A DNA stretch of 37,078 nucleotides from a virus (IMGVR_UViG_3300005589_000018:1-37078), one strand, 5' to 3'. Positions 1-8,989 are shown, counted from the first letter of the stretch. Numbers and translations are program-made. The notes: a model not told the origin generated them from the letters alone.

Positions 1-50
1 GAGAACATAAGAGCGCGGCAGATCATGGACGCCACCGCCAAGCGACATAA
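1..50. repeat. 50-bp terminal overlap (identical to 37029-37078); circular assembly
   Basis: gagaacataagagcgcggcagatcatggacgccaccgccaagcgacataa occurs at both ends, and a gene reads through the join. Confidence 0.97.
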
Positions 51-285
51 GCGCAAGGTCAGGGTTCACGTCCGCAAAGCGATCCATTCGGAAAACAAAC
101 GTCTCGGTCAGAAGGCCGATGCGCAGGTATTGTTTCATGGCCTCAGTTGCCGACGTGACAAAGGACGCGATCAGGTCATCATCGCCTGATCCATCAACGC
201 GCAAATATTCCTTCATATCCGCCGCGCTTACTGCCGGATCATCAGCCGAGGCCGTGACAGAAACCGATTTGCGATTGAACGTCAT
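1..285 (-). CDS. Head-tail connector/adaptor (HK97 gp6 / phiE125 gp8-like), 5' part; continues across the join into 37028..36669 (~214 aa total)
   Basis: ATG at 285 overlaps the upstream TGA (ATGA). MTFNRKSVSVTASADDPAVSAADMKEYLRVDGSGDDDLIASFVTSATEAMKQYL has the typical K.YLRVD...DD.LI...AA motif and is in frame with MSLGGG at 48/37076. Not in the ORF track. Confidence 0.88.
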   Translation of the reverse strand, partial: MTFNRKSVSVTASADDPAVSAADMKEYLRVDGSGDDDLIASFVTSATEAMKQYLRIGLLTETFVFRMDRFADVNPDLALMSLGGGVHDLPRSYVL

Positions 286-539
286 GCCTTAGCCTTTCTC
301 GGGCGACCGGGCTTGCGCTTGGCTTTCGGTGTGGCCTTATTCTTCGGCGCTGCCATGTGTGCCTTATTCTCCGGTGCGGCGACCTCTGCCTTGCGCTCAA
401 CAATGGCCACAGCCCCATCGGCAATGAGATTGCGTAGAAGATCATCGCCAACCCTGTGAATGCTTCCCTTTGCCCATGTCTCAACCCGCAGGCCATCCGG
501 CGAGACTGACATTGTTTTGAGCATCTCGATTTCCGTCAT
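282..539 (-). CDS. Small basic protein with C-terminal AT-hook-like tail
   Basis: 85 aa; GAGGG RBS; ends KRKPGRPRKAKA; lies between decoration and connector genes. Confidence 0.75.
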   Translation of the reverse strand: MTEIEMLKTMSVSPDGLRVETWAKGSIHRVGDDLLRNLIADGAVAIVERKAEVAAPENKAHMAAPKNKATPKAKRKPGRPRKAKA

Positions 540-576
540 GGCGTGAACACCCTCTGAATAACCCTAAAGCCAGTGA

Positions 577-600
577 GAGGGCCAGCCGCAGCCAGCCCTC
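577..600 (-). terminator. GC-rich hairpin after the capsid/decoration genes (weak terminator or mRNA stabiliser)
   Basis: Minus strand GAGGGCTGGC-TGCG-GCTGGCCCTC; no immediate U-tract. Confidence 0.5.
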
Positions 601-609
601 CTGCAAGCG

Positions 610-1059
610 TTAGGTAGCAGCGGTGCCGCTGTCGATGGTCGCCTCACCCATCACAGCGCCCTTGCGCTTGATAGCGTGAACCGTAACAGCCGCGTCAGTG
701 CCAGTGGTGCCAACGGCGGTCATGCGCACATAGCGCTTTTCGCCGCGATAGCCGATGGAGCCGACAAGCGTGTCGTCGTCGTCATCGTCGGTCACTGCGA
801 GGTCGCTTTCTGCGCCGATCAGGTCAGCATCTGCAACGGCGGTTGCCCCTGCGTCCGTGGTGTCGTCGCCTTCCTCAACTTGGAAGGTGAAGCCACCCGC
901 TGCGCCTGCGTCGGTGACGGTCCCGGTCGATACGGTGAAGGTCAGGCTTTCCCAACCCTGCATATCGATCCAGTCGCCCTCGGCTTTGGTCGTGCCGGAC
1001 AGGGTGGCAGAGAGCGCCAGCCCATATTCGGCGTTGTTGCGTTCGTCAAACTTAGCCAT
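610..1059 (-). CDS. Putative capsid decoration/cement protein
   Basis: 149 aa, acidic, G/T/D-rich beta-type protein directly after the major capsid gene; AAGGA RBS; KRYVR motif. Confidence 0.65.
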   Translation of the reverse strand: MAKFDERNNAEYGLALSATLSGTTKAEGDWIDMQGWESLTFTVSTGTVTDAGAAGGFTFQVEEGDDTTDAGATAVADADLIGAESDLAVTDDDDDDTLVGSIGYRGEKRYVRMTAVGTTGTDAAVTVHAIKRKGAVMGEATIDSGTAAT

Positions 1060-1079
1060 GATGTTTCCTTTCTTCAGGC

Positions 1080-2288
1080 TTACGCGGCAACTTTGCCGAT
1101 GGTGATTGCGTCAAACGAGGTCACGTCACCGCCAACACCTTTGTAGGTGTAGTAGGTGATGAAGCCCTTGTTCGTGTAGGGGTCACGCAGGACGGTCATG
1201 TCCATGCCGTCAACGATGGTGTATGCCTTCGAGAAGTCAGCATAGACAACCGAGAGAGCGTTTGCAGCAACGGCGGGCATGTCATCCATGAACAGGACGG
1301 GCTTGCCGAGAAGCTGAATGGTCGCTTGACCGTCACGCATCAACACCGGGGAGAAGAAGAAGTTATCATTCCCCTTGAGTTGCAGCGCCTTGCCGAAGGT
1401 CGCACGCTTCATACCCCAGACTGCGCCAGCCTGATACGGCTCTTTGAGCGAGTTCTGCACTTCGATCAAGCCGCCAGCAGTGAGAGCCGCAGCCGCACCC
1501 ATGTTGACCTGATTGATTTTGTTGCGCTCATAGGTGCCAGACGATGCCTGTGCAGCGTAGGTCAGGAAGCCACGCGGCTTGTTGACGCCATCGCCAGTGA
1601 CAAACGCAGTGCCTTCAAGGCGCGCAAAGCGATCTGCAACCTTGCCGTCAAGCCAGCTTTCGACATCCACATAAGACGCGCGAACCTGCTCCGGCGTCAT
1701 GCGCGGGTCAGCTTCCATCTTGTGAACGGCGATCACCTTGCGGCCCACTTGCGGGGTATCGGTTTGACCACCGGATGCACCTTCGGAAACCCAACGCGCC
1801 CCGGCCTGATTGTCATCAATCAAGACTTCAAGCGAGGTGGATTGAGTGCGCTCGATGTTTGCCACTTGGCGAACGGGCGAGCTTTCGAACACACGGTCAA
1901 CAACCGTGGTGGAACGCTCTGGATACACGAGGTATCCGCCATCCGGGTTGCTGTCGGTGGACATTGCCTTGAGTTCGATCTGTGCGCCAGTGCCTGCGTC
2001 GATGCCGTTCTCACCTTTGCGGAGGAACGCCTCAAACTTGGCTTTTGCCTCGTTTTCCTCTTCGCCACCCTGACCGCCAGGGCGGTTCATTGCGGCCTGC
2101 ATTTTCGCTTGCGCGTCCTGCAATTCCTGCATTTTGGCGGTGATGTCGTTCGTCGCCTTGTCGAATTTGGCTTGGTCGATCACGTCCTTGGGCATGTTGC
2201 CCTTAACGCCATCAAGTTCGGATTTGAGGTCAGCAAGGCCGCTATTAACGCCCTCAACAAGACCTTTGAGTTCTGCAAAGTCGGTCAT
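1080..2288 (-). CDS. Major capsid protein, HK97 family
   Basis: 402 aa; N-terminal coiled-coil delta domain, DGGYLV.P, AFVTGDGVNKPRGFL, LLGKPV...DDMP, LRDPYT.K motifs. Confidence 0.96.
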   Translation of the reverse strand: MTDFAELKGLVEGVNSGLADLKSELDGVKGNMPKDVIDQAKFDKATNDITAKMQELQDAQAKMQAAMNRPGGQGGEEENEAKAKFEAFLRKGENGIDAGTGAQIELKAMSTDSNPDGGYLVYPERSTTVVDRVFESSPVRQVANIERTQSTSLEVLIDDNQAGARWVSEGASGGQTDTPQVGRKVIAVHKMEADPRMTPEQVRASYVDVESWLDGKVADRFARLEGTAFVTGDGVNKPRGFLTYAAQASSGTYERNKINQVNMGAAAALTAGGLIEVQNSLKEPYQAGAVWGMKRATFGKALQLKGNDNFFFSPVLMRDGQATIQLLGKPVLFMDDMPAVAANALSVVYADFSKAYTIVDGMDMTVLRDPYTNKGFITYYTYKGVGGDVTSFDAITIGKVAA

Positions 2289-2291
2289 GAT

Positions 2292-2996
2292 TTACCCTTT
2301 CATCATTTGCAGTGTTTCGTTCAAAAGTGATTTGAGTTCGTCAACCTCTCGCTGATCGTCCTCACGGCCTTTGGTGTCTGCCTCACGCAGAACAACCTCC
2401 AACCGCTCCCATGCGCCCGCCGCTGCCGCCTTTGATGCGGTGCGGCTAAAGCCCAAGTCCTTGAATACGCGCTCAATGTCGCGCTTACCCATATCAGCCG
2501 ATTTCATGGCGTAGATATTGGCCAATTCATTCATGGGGAAAGTGACAACGGACGTTTCCCACAAGTCCAGCTTGACCAGCTTGCGAGTGCCGTTCCCCTC
2601 GTCCATTTCGTATTCTTGGGTCCGATATCCAATAGAAAGCCCCTCAATGGCCCCCATCTTGACCAGAGCGGCGATTTCCGCACCCTTCGCGGCTTTCTTA
2701 CTGATACGACCGCGCATGAATAGGCCGTTTTCATCCTCGCGCACTTCATCCCATGCGCCAATCGGCTGTGAAGGGTCATGTTGCCAAAGCATTTTTGGCT
2801 TCCGGCCCGATGCGATGCATTCCTTGAACGCGCCCGGCATGACAATATCGCCGCCGTTGTCCTTGTTACCAAAGATGGAGCCATAGCCTGAAACGGTTAG
2901 ATATTCATCATCCTCGCCATCGGCCTTGACCTCAATGGCCCCCGCCTTGAATTCGAGAACCCGCCCCGCGTCCTTTGCTCCGAGAAACATGCCCAT
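2292..2996 (-). CDS. Prohead maturation protease, HK97 family
   Basis: GYGSIFGNKD..GD, MLWQHD...PIG.W, GLSIGY, LWETSVVTFPMN motifs; start 2996 or 2990. Confidence 0.95.
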   Translation of the reverse strand: MGMFLGAKDAGRVLEFKAGAIEVKADGEDDEYLTVSGYGSIFGNKDNGGDIVMPGAFKECIASGRKPKMLWQHDPSQPIGAWDEVREDENGLFMRGRISKKAAKGAEIAALVKMGAIEGLSIGYRTQEYEMDEGNGTRKLVKLDLWETSVVTFPMNELANIYAMKSADMGKRDIERVFKDLGFSRTASKAAAAGAWERLEVVLREADTKGREDDQREVDELKSLLNETLQMMKG

Positions 2997-3055
2997 TGCA
3001 AACCCCTTGCAAATAAAGTTTGCAAAGTTATAGCACGGATTTGCAAATGCGACAA
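2996..3055 (-). promoter_or_regulatory. Putative promoter of the protease-capsid operon with four TTGCAA palindromes
   Basis: Minus strand TTGTCG-17 bp-TATAAC; TTGCAA at 2996, 3007, 3020 and 3041. Confidence 0.6.
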
Positions 3056-3068
3056 GAAACCGCGTTGA

Positions 3069-3896
3069 CTAGTCGAACCCGGCAGGGATGTAACCCACGG
3101 TGCATCGGCAGTTGATAGACGCTCCGGCAGGAAGTGACGGATCGCCGGGCCGTTGGCAAAGAACAACGCCGCCTAGGTATGTCGGCATCTTGAACGGATC
3201 ATCCATGCCCACCTTTTGGCCGTCCATTGACCGATGGTTGTATTTATCCACCACGCCATCACCTTCGCCAAAGTCGCGCGTCCTGTGGTCGTGAACGCTC
3301 ATCCACTCCTTGCGCAATTCCAGCCCGGTCGCCCGTGCGCTTTCCTGCGCGCCGTAGTTTGCTGCGCCGTGGGTTTCCGTTCTGGCGATGATTGCCGCGC
3401 GCCTGCGGGCAATGCCGGGGATTTGATCTGTAATCAGCTTGGCGATTGCCTCAACGCCTAGACCCTCGGCCTGACCTTGCGACACGGCGTCCACAATCAT
3501 CCTTCGAGTGGTTTCCGCCACGCTCACAATGCGCCGCCGAATGGCTTCCTGCGCGATCCAGTTGAGCGCGAGCCGGGCAAACATCTCGCCAAAAGTCTCC
3601 TTGGCTTCCAGATCAAGGCCGAATGCCTTTGCAGATACGAACATGCGCCGCCCAAACGTCTGGACGCTATCATAGGTCATGCGCATGTATAGGTCGCGCA
3701 TCCGCAGCATGTGAGCATCTGGAACGGAAGGCACAAAGCCTAGTTCCTGATATGCTGAGACAATGGCAAGCGTTTCCCGCGTGATTTCGTCAGCTACGGC
3801 CTTGCGGTGACGACGCCATAGGCGATCCATCATGCGCAGATGTATTTCGCGCTCACGCTCCCGGCTATGGCTGAGAAAGGCAGGCTTGCGGGCCAT
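3069..3896 (-). CDS. Minor head/head morphogenesis protein (Mu gpF / SPP1 gp7-like)
   Basis: RA..IARTET, KEW....D.RTR, H..MDGQ, INCRC motifs. Confidence 0.92.
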   Translation of the reverse strand: MARKPAFLSHSREREREIHLRMMDRLWRRHRKAVADEITRETLAIVSAYQELGFVPSVPDAHMLRMRDLYMRMTYDSVQTFGRRMFVSAKAFGLDLEAKETFGEMFARLALNWIAQEAIRRRIVSVAETTRRMIVDAVSQGQAEGLGVEAIAKLITDQIPGIARRRAAIIARTETHGAANYGAQESARATGLELRKEWMSVHDHRTRDFGEGDGVVDKYNHRSMDGQKVGMDDPFKMPTYLGGVVLCQRPGDPSLPAGASINCRCTVGYIPAGFD

Positions 3897-5134
3897 TATT
3901 CCCCCACGACCTTAAACCCGCCATAGGCGAGCGCCTTTGCATCATCTGCCCCCATGTCGAAGGCGTCACCCTCGTTGAGAAAATGGCCCTTTGGAGGCTC
4001 AGAGAAGCCGATCATTTCACGGGCCTCCTCGCGCGTCAGGATGTTTGCGGTCGCGGCGCGAATTGCGCGGTCAAACTTACGCCCACGCAACGCTTCAAGA
4101 GCGGGGATTGTGTCGAGGTCAAGGCGGAACTCATACCCCTTCCCATATCGCGGCAAGAGCCATGCGCCAAAGTCGTCAAGGAATTCCTTTAGAAGCGGAA
4201 TAACGGTATCGGTGTATAGCCGCTCCTTGGCCTGCTCCAAGTTGTTGAACGTGCTGGCGTCGTTGTCGATAAGCGGCAGGGGAACGCCATAGGCCGAAGC
4301 GATCTGTTTCGCTGCCTCTTTCATGGTGTTGAGAAAGTCCATATCGCGCGGTGAGTGCGACACGTCCACCCACTCGGCATCATCCGCCAACATGGGGATT
4401 TCCCCGGCGTTGCCTTCGCCCTGCATGGATTTCTTGAAATACTCGCGCATCCTTTGCAGCGTTTCCTGCCCCGGATATTGCCCCTTAAAGCGCACAATCC
4501 CACTCGGACGTGCGCTATTCTTCAGCAGGCTGTAATTCCACTTTGCCCCGGCGTTGTGGGTATCCCCCGCCAAGCCTGCCGCCATGAGTGGCGATTGACC
4601 GCGCCAATAGTTGTCGGGGTTGTAGGTCTTGGCAAAGAATAGATCGCTCTTGCCCGACACTCGCTCAACTGGAAACGTTGTTTTCTTGCCGTTGACCTCG
4701 TGAACGTATTCAGACGGCAGGCCGCTTGCGCCCGGCTTCACCGACACGTTCACTGGATTGACGGGCCATAGTTCGGTCGGCTTATCCCCGGCACCAGCTA
4801 TGACAAGCGATGTCTCACCCTGCAATAGCCTGTTTACAAGCATTTCAGTCAGCCACGCCGAATAGGATTGGCTTGGGTTTGGTCGCGCCATGAGATCAAG
4901 GATAGGGCTGGATTTTACCAGCGTGTCGCCTTGGTATAGGTTCACCTCGATTGACGTTGCTGCCGTGACAATCTCCTTGATCGCCCGGTAAACAATCACA
5001 TTCTGCTGATACCCTTCCCGAATGAAGGATTTCGCGTTGATGATTGAGGGCTTTGCCATCGGAAGCCCGAAGGCGATTGCGCCGCCTACCGGGTTGTCCT
5101 TGGTTTCGAGATTGCGAGAAAAGGGCCACGCCAT
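3896..5134 (-). CDS. Portal protein, HK97 family
   Basis: N.IVYRAI, RPNP.QS, GQSPL, N.ARPSG, IA.AYGVP, TFNN.EQA, LT.EEAR..IG motifs; start moved to MAWPF at 5134, just after the terL stop. Confidence 0.93.
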   Translation of the reverse strand: MAWPFSRNLETKDNPVGGAIAFGLPMAKPSIINAKSFIREGYQQNVIVYRAIKEIVTAATSIEVNLYQGDTLVKSSPILDLMARPNPSQSYSAWLTEMLVNRLLQGETSLVIAGAGDKPTELWPVNPVNVSVKPGASGLPSEYVHEVNGKKTTFPVERVSGKSDLFFAKTYNPDNYWRGQSPLMAAGLAGDTHNAGAKWNYSLLKNSARPSGIVRFKGQYPGQETLQRMREYFKKSMQGEGNAGEIPMLADDAEWVDVSHSPRDMDFLNTMKEAAKQIASAYGVPLPLIDNDASTFNNLEQAKERLYTDTVIPLLKEFLDDFGAWLLPRYGKGYEFRLDLDTIPALEALRGRKFDRAIRAATANILTREEAREMIGFSEPPKGHFLNEGDAFDMGADDAKALAYGGFKVVGE

Positions 5135-5135
5135 G

Positions 5136-6692
5136 TCAAAGAACTCCGAAGATTTCGCCTGTGCCGCGCCCGGAAACAAAGGCCTCAAATAGCGCGTCTA
5201 TCATTACGTCCGTTTGGTCATCGTGCTTGTGGCTATCGTCGTGCGAAAATGCACATACCTCAGACACAAACTCAAAGTTATGTGCATCACCATACGGCAA
5301 AACAACCTTTTTCGCAATGTGCTGCGCTTGAACGTCCATCGCGCGTGTGAGTTTGTCCTTATCCCGCTGCACTGGCGTAATTTGCAATGGCAATCGGCCC
5401 TCAAGCTCCTGTATCAGCCCTGTGCCGCTCGCCTTGTCCTCGACATACACGGCACGCAAAACGCCATCCCTAGTGCTATTTTTCAGGTGTGCAGCCTTAA
5501 CGAAGCTCTCGAAGTCCCGCCTAAGCTGATCCGCCTTCATCTTCGCGCGCTTGTATGACAGGCGATAAACACGACCGTCAAACACTCCCCACTCGGCGAA
5601 AACTGTCCAGTCATTCCAAGTGTTTGTTTTGTTCGCCGTGTCTACTGTTATGAACCTGTATTCAAAGACATCTGGATATGAAAGGTCTGCCCCGTCGTCT
5701 ACATCGCCATAATACAGGAAGTCGTCCTCTGCGAATATCCCCCCGTCCAGCGTGTCCGGGTCTTGCATGTATTGGCTAACGAACGTGTAAGGGTGCGCGT
5801 CACGCAGCGCGATCAAGTCATGGATGCTTTCCTTGTCTGGCCAGTATGACCATTTACCGTCGATGCACTCGCCGCGCTTTACATCGCGCTCGCATCTTTC
5901 GCGGATACCGTCTGGCAGGCTGTCGATATACTCCTGATCCACAAGCGCCGGAATGCGGATATGGTGGTCTACGGATAGGCCCATGCCACCGGAAAGCAGA
6001 AAGGCCGTGCTGTCGTCCACGTGGCCGCGCTGCTGGATAAACAGGAACGGCGTGCCCGAGTGGGCGCGACGGCTCCTCAGTGTGTTGATTAGGCGCGTGT
6101 GAGACTTTGACCGCTTGGCGTCTGAAAAAAGATCGTCGATCTTGTCCCAGTCATCCGCCATGATGTAGCCCGTGAAGCCGTCCGACATATACCCGCCACG
6201 AACACCCGTGATCTGCCCGCCGCTGGCTCGGCTGAACAACTGGTGCATCCGCTTGCCGTTGCGCTCTAGCGTCCAGTCGTCAACCTTATCCTTGCCTATC
6301 TGGAAGGGATAAAACTCCTGAAACTCTGACGACTTCATGAGTGCGCGCGACCGCTCGCTGTTTTCGGTCACGAGGTCTTTTGAATAGGACGTGTTTAGAA
6401 TGCGCACCCGGTCATGCTTGACCATGCAATAGACGGGCAGGTGAATGGACCAGAATTCGGTTTTCGTGCCGCCGGGTGGAATGTTGACTATGACGTTTTG
6501 CACGTCACCACTTAGAACGCGCTCGGCAATCCAGTTGTAGTAGTGGTGGTGCCAATTAGGCTTAAAGCTGTCTACCTGAGAAACGTTGAACCAAAGCGAG
6601 GTGAAGGCTAGCGGCGATGTTTCCCCGGCTGCGGCGAGCAAAGCGCGCTCGGATGCATCAAGCCCTTCCCACTCGATAGGATTGACTGCCAT
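5136..6692 (-). CDS. terL: Terminase large subunit, T1-like (headful type)
   Basis: 518 aa; F.PNWHH, NIPPGGTKTE (Walker A), GG.ITG.RGG, DD..K, IQQR.H..D, VEDKASGTGLIQ, HDDQTD motifs. Confidence 0.95.
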   Translation of the reverse strand: MAVNPIEWEGLDASERALLAAAGETSPLAFTSLWFNVSQVDSFKPNWHHHYYNWIAERVLSGDVQNVIVNIPPGGTKTEFWSIHLPVYCMVKHDRVRILNTSYSKDLVTENSERSRALMKSSEFQEFYPFQIGKDKVDDWTLERNGKRMHQLFSRASGGQITGVRGGYMSDGFTGYIMADDWDKIDDLFSDAKRSKSHTRLINTLRSRRAHSGTPFLFIQQRGHVDDSTAFLLSGGMGLSVDHHIRIPALVDQEYIDSLPDGIRERCERDVKRGECIDGKWSYWPDKESIHDLIALRDAHPYTFVSQYMQDPDTLDGGIFAEDDFLYYGDVDDGADLSYPDVFEYRFITVDTANKTNTWNDWTVFAEWGVFDGRVYRLSYKRAKMKADQLRRDFESFVKAAHLKNSTRDGVLRAVYVEDKASGTGLIQELEGRLPLQITPVQRDKDKLTRAMDVQAQHIAKKVVLPYGDAHNFEFVSEVCAFSHDDSHKHDDQTDVMIDALFEAFVSGRGTGEIFGVL

Positions 6693-6693
6693 T

Positions 6694-7143
6694 TCATTCC
6701 GTCAGCTTTTTGGCGAGGGCTTTTGCTAACTCGCTATCAATTGGCTGTGGCGCTGCGGGCATGTCTTTGCCGTTGGTGGTGTGGTCTACCTTTGTCGGTT
6801 GATCTAGGCCGAACAACTTAACCTTGCCATTTACGGCTGTTACCGCCGCGCTTGGGTTGTTTTCCTGAAGCGCAAGCTGTCTAGCTGTCTCATACTCCGA
6901 AAAGGCGTCTTTGACTGTGTATAGGCACATCTCAGCTGCCTGCGCCTGCAAGTCCCTGACCCTTTGCATAACCTTTGCATTGTCAAGGAGTTTTGACGCA
7001 TTGGTGTAGATGCTTGAATGCTGCGTTGCAGCCCTGACATCATAGGCGCGGCGATAGGCTTCTGCGGCATTGCCTGTTTCGACATATGCCATAGCAAAGG
7101 CCTCCTGCTTTGCTGTTAGATTGGTGTCTTCTGACTTCGCCAT
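6694..7143 (-). CDS. terS: Terminase small subunit
   Basis: LTAKQEAFA..YVETGNA.EAYRRAY HTH motif; C-terminal KVDHTTNGKD; immediately upstream of terL. Confidence 0.9.
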   Translation of the reverse strand: MAKSEDTNLTAKQEAFAMAYVETGNAAEAYRRAYDVRAATQHSSIYTNASKLLDNAKVMQRVRDLQAQAAEMCLYTVKDAFSEYETARQLALQENNPSAAVTAVNGKVKLFGLDQPTKVDHTTNGKDMPAAPQPIDSELAKALAKKLTE

Positions 7144-7170
7144 GCGCAAATATTACCCCAAGCCTATCGC

Positions 7171-7198
7171 AAAGAAAAGCCCCGCCCGAAGGCGAGGC
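7171..7198 (-). terminator. Rho-independent terminator ending the leftward early arm
   Basis: GCCTCGCC-TTCG-GGCGGGGC followed by TTTTCTTT. Confidence 0.85.
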
Positions 7199-7329
7199 AG
7201 TTAGCGCGGGAAATTTTTAGCGATGACGCCACCGTCTGGAAAACATACGTCATCGCTTATATCACCGAAAACCCGCGCAGGAGGAACAAGCAATGAATGA
7301 CTGCATCATGCGTTCTTTGTGAGTGGTGG

Positions 7330-7512
7330 TCAAGACGTTCGCGCAATCCTCTGCTCGATCATCATTGCCAGTGTCTTGGCGTTGTATGTGTCGTGATTGC
7401 GGCAGATCGTTTTGATGTCGTCAAGTGCGTTCTTTGCTTTGGCAAGGTCAGCCTCGGCGCGTGTGAGGTCGGCTATGAGTGCGTCCTCGTGATCTGTGAT
7501 TGTGCGTGTCAT
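7330..7512 (-). CDS. Hypothetical coiled-coil protein (60 aa)
   Basis: ATGA overlap with the upstream gene; heptad-like sequence. Confidence 0.7.
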   Translation of the reverse strand: MTRTITDHEDALIADLTRAEADLAKAKNALDDIKTICRNHDTYNAKTLAMMIEQRIARTS

Positions 7513-8120
7513 TTCGTCACCTTGAGATATTTGAACTTGTTTCCTGATCCGATCTTTTCGATTTTGCCATCGCGCCGTGCGTCTTGAAGGTGATAGCGCG
7601 CGCCAGCTTGGCTAATGCCGAACTTGTCGGCTATTTCATGCGACGTGCGTTCTACGCTGCAATACTCGACTATTTTTGCATTGATAGCTGCTCGAGCTTC
7701 CATGCGCCATTCGTTGCCGGTCTTGCGTGTGTCTCGTGATTTGTAGACGTATTCGGTCAGCTTTGTTGCCGGGTTTTGCTTTCGGTCTAGCTTGCCTTCG
7801 TCGAGCATTGCCTTTGCGACCTTGCGGACGGTTTCGACATGGAGGCCCATGAATTGCTCGATGTCTGTGGTTGTGCGCCATGTTTTGAGGCAGTAATCGA
7901 AGATTTGTTTTTTGCGCTTCTGCGCTGCGTTGCTGTCTCGTTTGTGCTGTTGCGGTGCTTTTTGTCGCTTTGTGTGTTTGAGCATGAGGCGACCGATTGC
8001 GGCCTCGTGTTTTGCGGCGGCTGTCGGGTTGCCGAAGGCGTCTAGGATGACTTGGACGTTTTGGCCTTTGTTCGGCGCGACGGTATGCGCTGCGATGCGG
8101 GGCGGTGTAGTGTGGATCAT
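7509..8120 (-). CDS. Tandem winged-helix DNA-binding protein
   Basis: Two repeated units I..YC....RT...I....G......R......DGK..+; GGAGG RBS; ATGA overlap. Confidence 0.75.
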   Translation of the reverse strand: MIHTTPPRIAAHTVAPNKGQNVQVILDAFGNPTAAAKHEAAIGRLMLKHTKRQKAPQQHKRDSNAAQKRKKQIFDYCLKTWRTTTDIEQFMGLHVETVRKVAKAMLDEGKLDRKQNPATKLTEYVYKSRDTRKTGNEWRMEARAAINAKIVEYCSVERTSHEIADKFGISQAGARYHLQDARRDGKIEKIGSGNKFKYLKVTK

Positions 8121-8617
8121 TTCAGATCCTCCATGCGGATGCTGTTGAGGATGGGCTTCCCGCCCTCTGTCTCATAGATGATGCAGTATTTATCGAGTGA
8201 TCCGCTGCGCCACGGGTTCCATCCAAATGATCCGCCCGCATACAGAGTCACCGTCTCGCGCTTAGGCTCTGGCTTGATGCGGTATGCGTATTCATCAAGC
8301 CATCCAAGGCCTTTCAGCGTCACCCAATGGTCTACATTCAAGAACTCCACACTACCGGGGCTTTCATAATGCGCCAGCAACAGCGCGCCCTTTTCTGCGT
8401 CGGTCATCTCGCCCCACGTTTTCGGGGTGTCGTCCTCGTCGGGCCACTCGGCAATGAAGTCAATCAATGTCTTGCGTTGGTCACAACACCGCCCGTCGTC
8501 ATAGCGCCAAATTTCATCGCTGCCTTTCCACGGAATGACACCTCCATCTCTCGGCCTTTCCTGCGCCACCTTCGCACCATCGCGGCGGCGGTATGCTTTG
8601 CCTTGTTCGATCTTCAT
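8117..8617 (-). CDS. Hypothetical phage protein (166 aa)
   Basis: Start MKIEQGKAY at 8617 with GAGGAG RBS and ATGA overlap. Confidence 0.75.
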   Translation of the reverse strand: MKIEQGKAYRRRDGAKVAQERPRDGGVIPWKGSDEIWRYDDGRCCDQRKTLIDFIAEWPDEDDTPKTWGEMTDAEKGALLLAHYESPGSVEFLNVDHWVTLKGLGWLDEYAYRIKPEPKRETVTLYAGGSFGWNPWRSGSLDKYCIIYETEGGKPILNSIRMEDLK

Positions 8618-8910
8618 GCCATGCTCCTCAGTTTTGGGTTGAACGCGGTCAGCACGTCTTTTTTCGGCATGGGTTTTGCCGTGCGCTGTGCGATGTAGGT
8701 GAAAGGCCGTTGCTTGTGCATGTCGCCGCGACAAGGTTCGTCCACGCGCTGGACGAGTGCGAGACCGCCGCGACCTGCAAGCCACATGAGCGCCCCGCCG
8801 TGAATGCCGGGATTGTTGCCGACGCTATAGATGATTTGTTCTCCTGGTTTCATCTGGCATAGCTGCCCGATGGCTGCGTTTTTTTCGGTGCTTAGGTGTT
8901 GTGTGGTCAT
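8614..8910 (-). CDS. Hypothetical phage protein (98 aa)
   Basis: First gene after the promoter at 8940-8985; coupled to the next gene. Confidence 0.7.
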   Translation of the reverse strand: MTTQHLSTEKNAAIGQLCQMKPGEQIIYSVGNNPGIHGGALMWLAGRGGLALVQRVDEPCRGDMHKQRPFTYIAQRTAKPMPKKDVLTAFNPKLRSMA

Positions 8911-8939
8911 TGGTTTTCTTTCTTATTTCCGTTGCCTCG

Positions 8940-8987
8940 ACCATACCGCTAAGAAACGAGGCAACCAAGCATGACGTTGCGTCAACT
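8940..8987 (-). promoter_or_regulatory. Promoter with TGACG-N3-CGTCA box (copy 1)
   Basis: TGACGCAACGTCA-3 bp-TTGGTT-17 bp-TATGGT; 22 bp identical to 19037-19058. Confidence 0.7.
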
Positions 8988-8989
8988 CC

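Noticed and set aside
1326-2330. 334-aa plus-strand ORF
   Set aside because: Antisense shadow of the major capsid gene; no motifs or RBS
1080-6692. Host gene transfer agent cluster
   Set aside because: The genome is circular with its own replication, recombination, lysis and accessory genes and no host flanks
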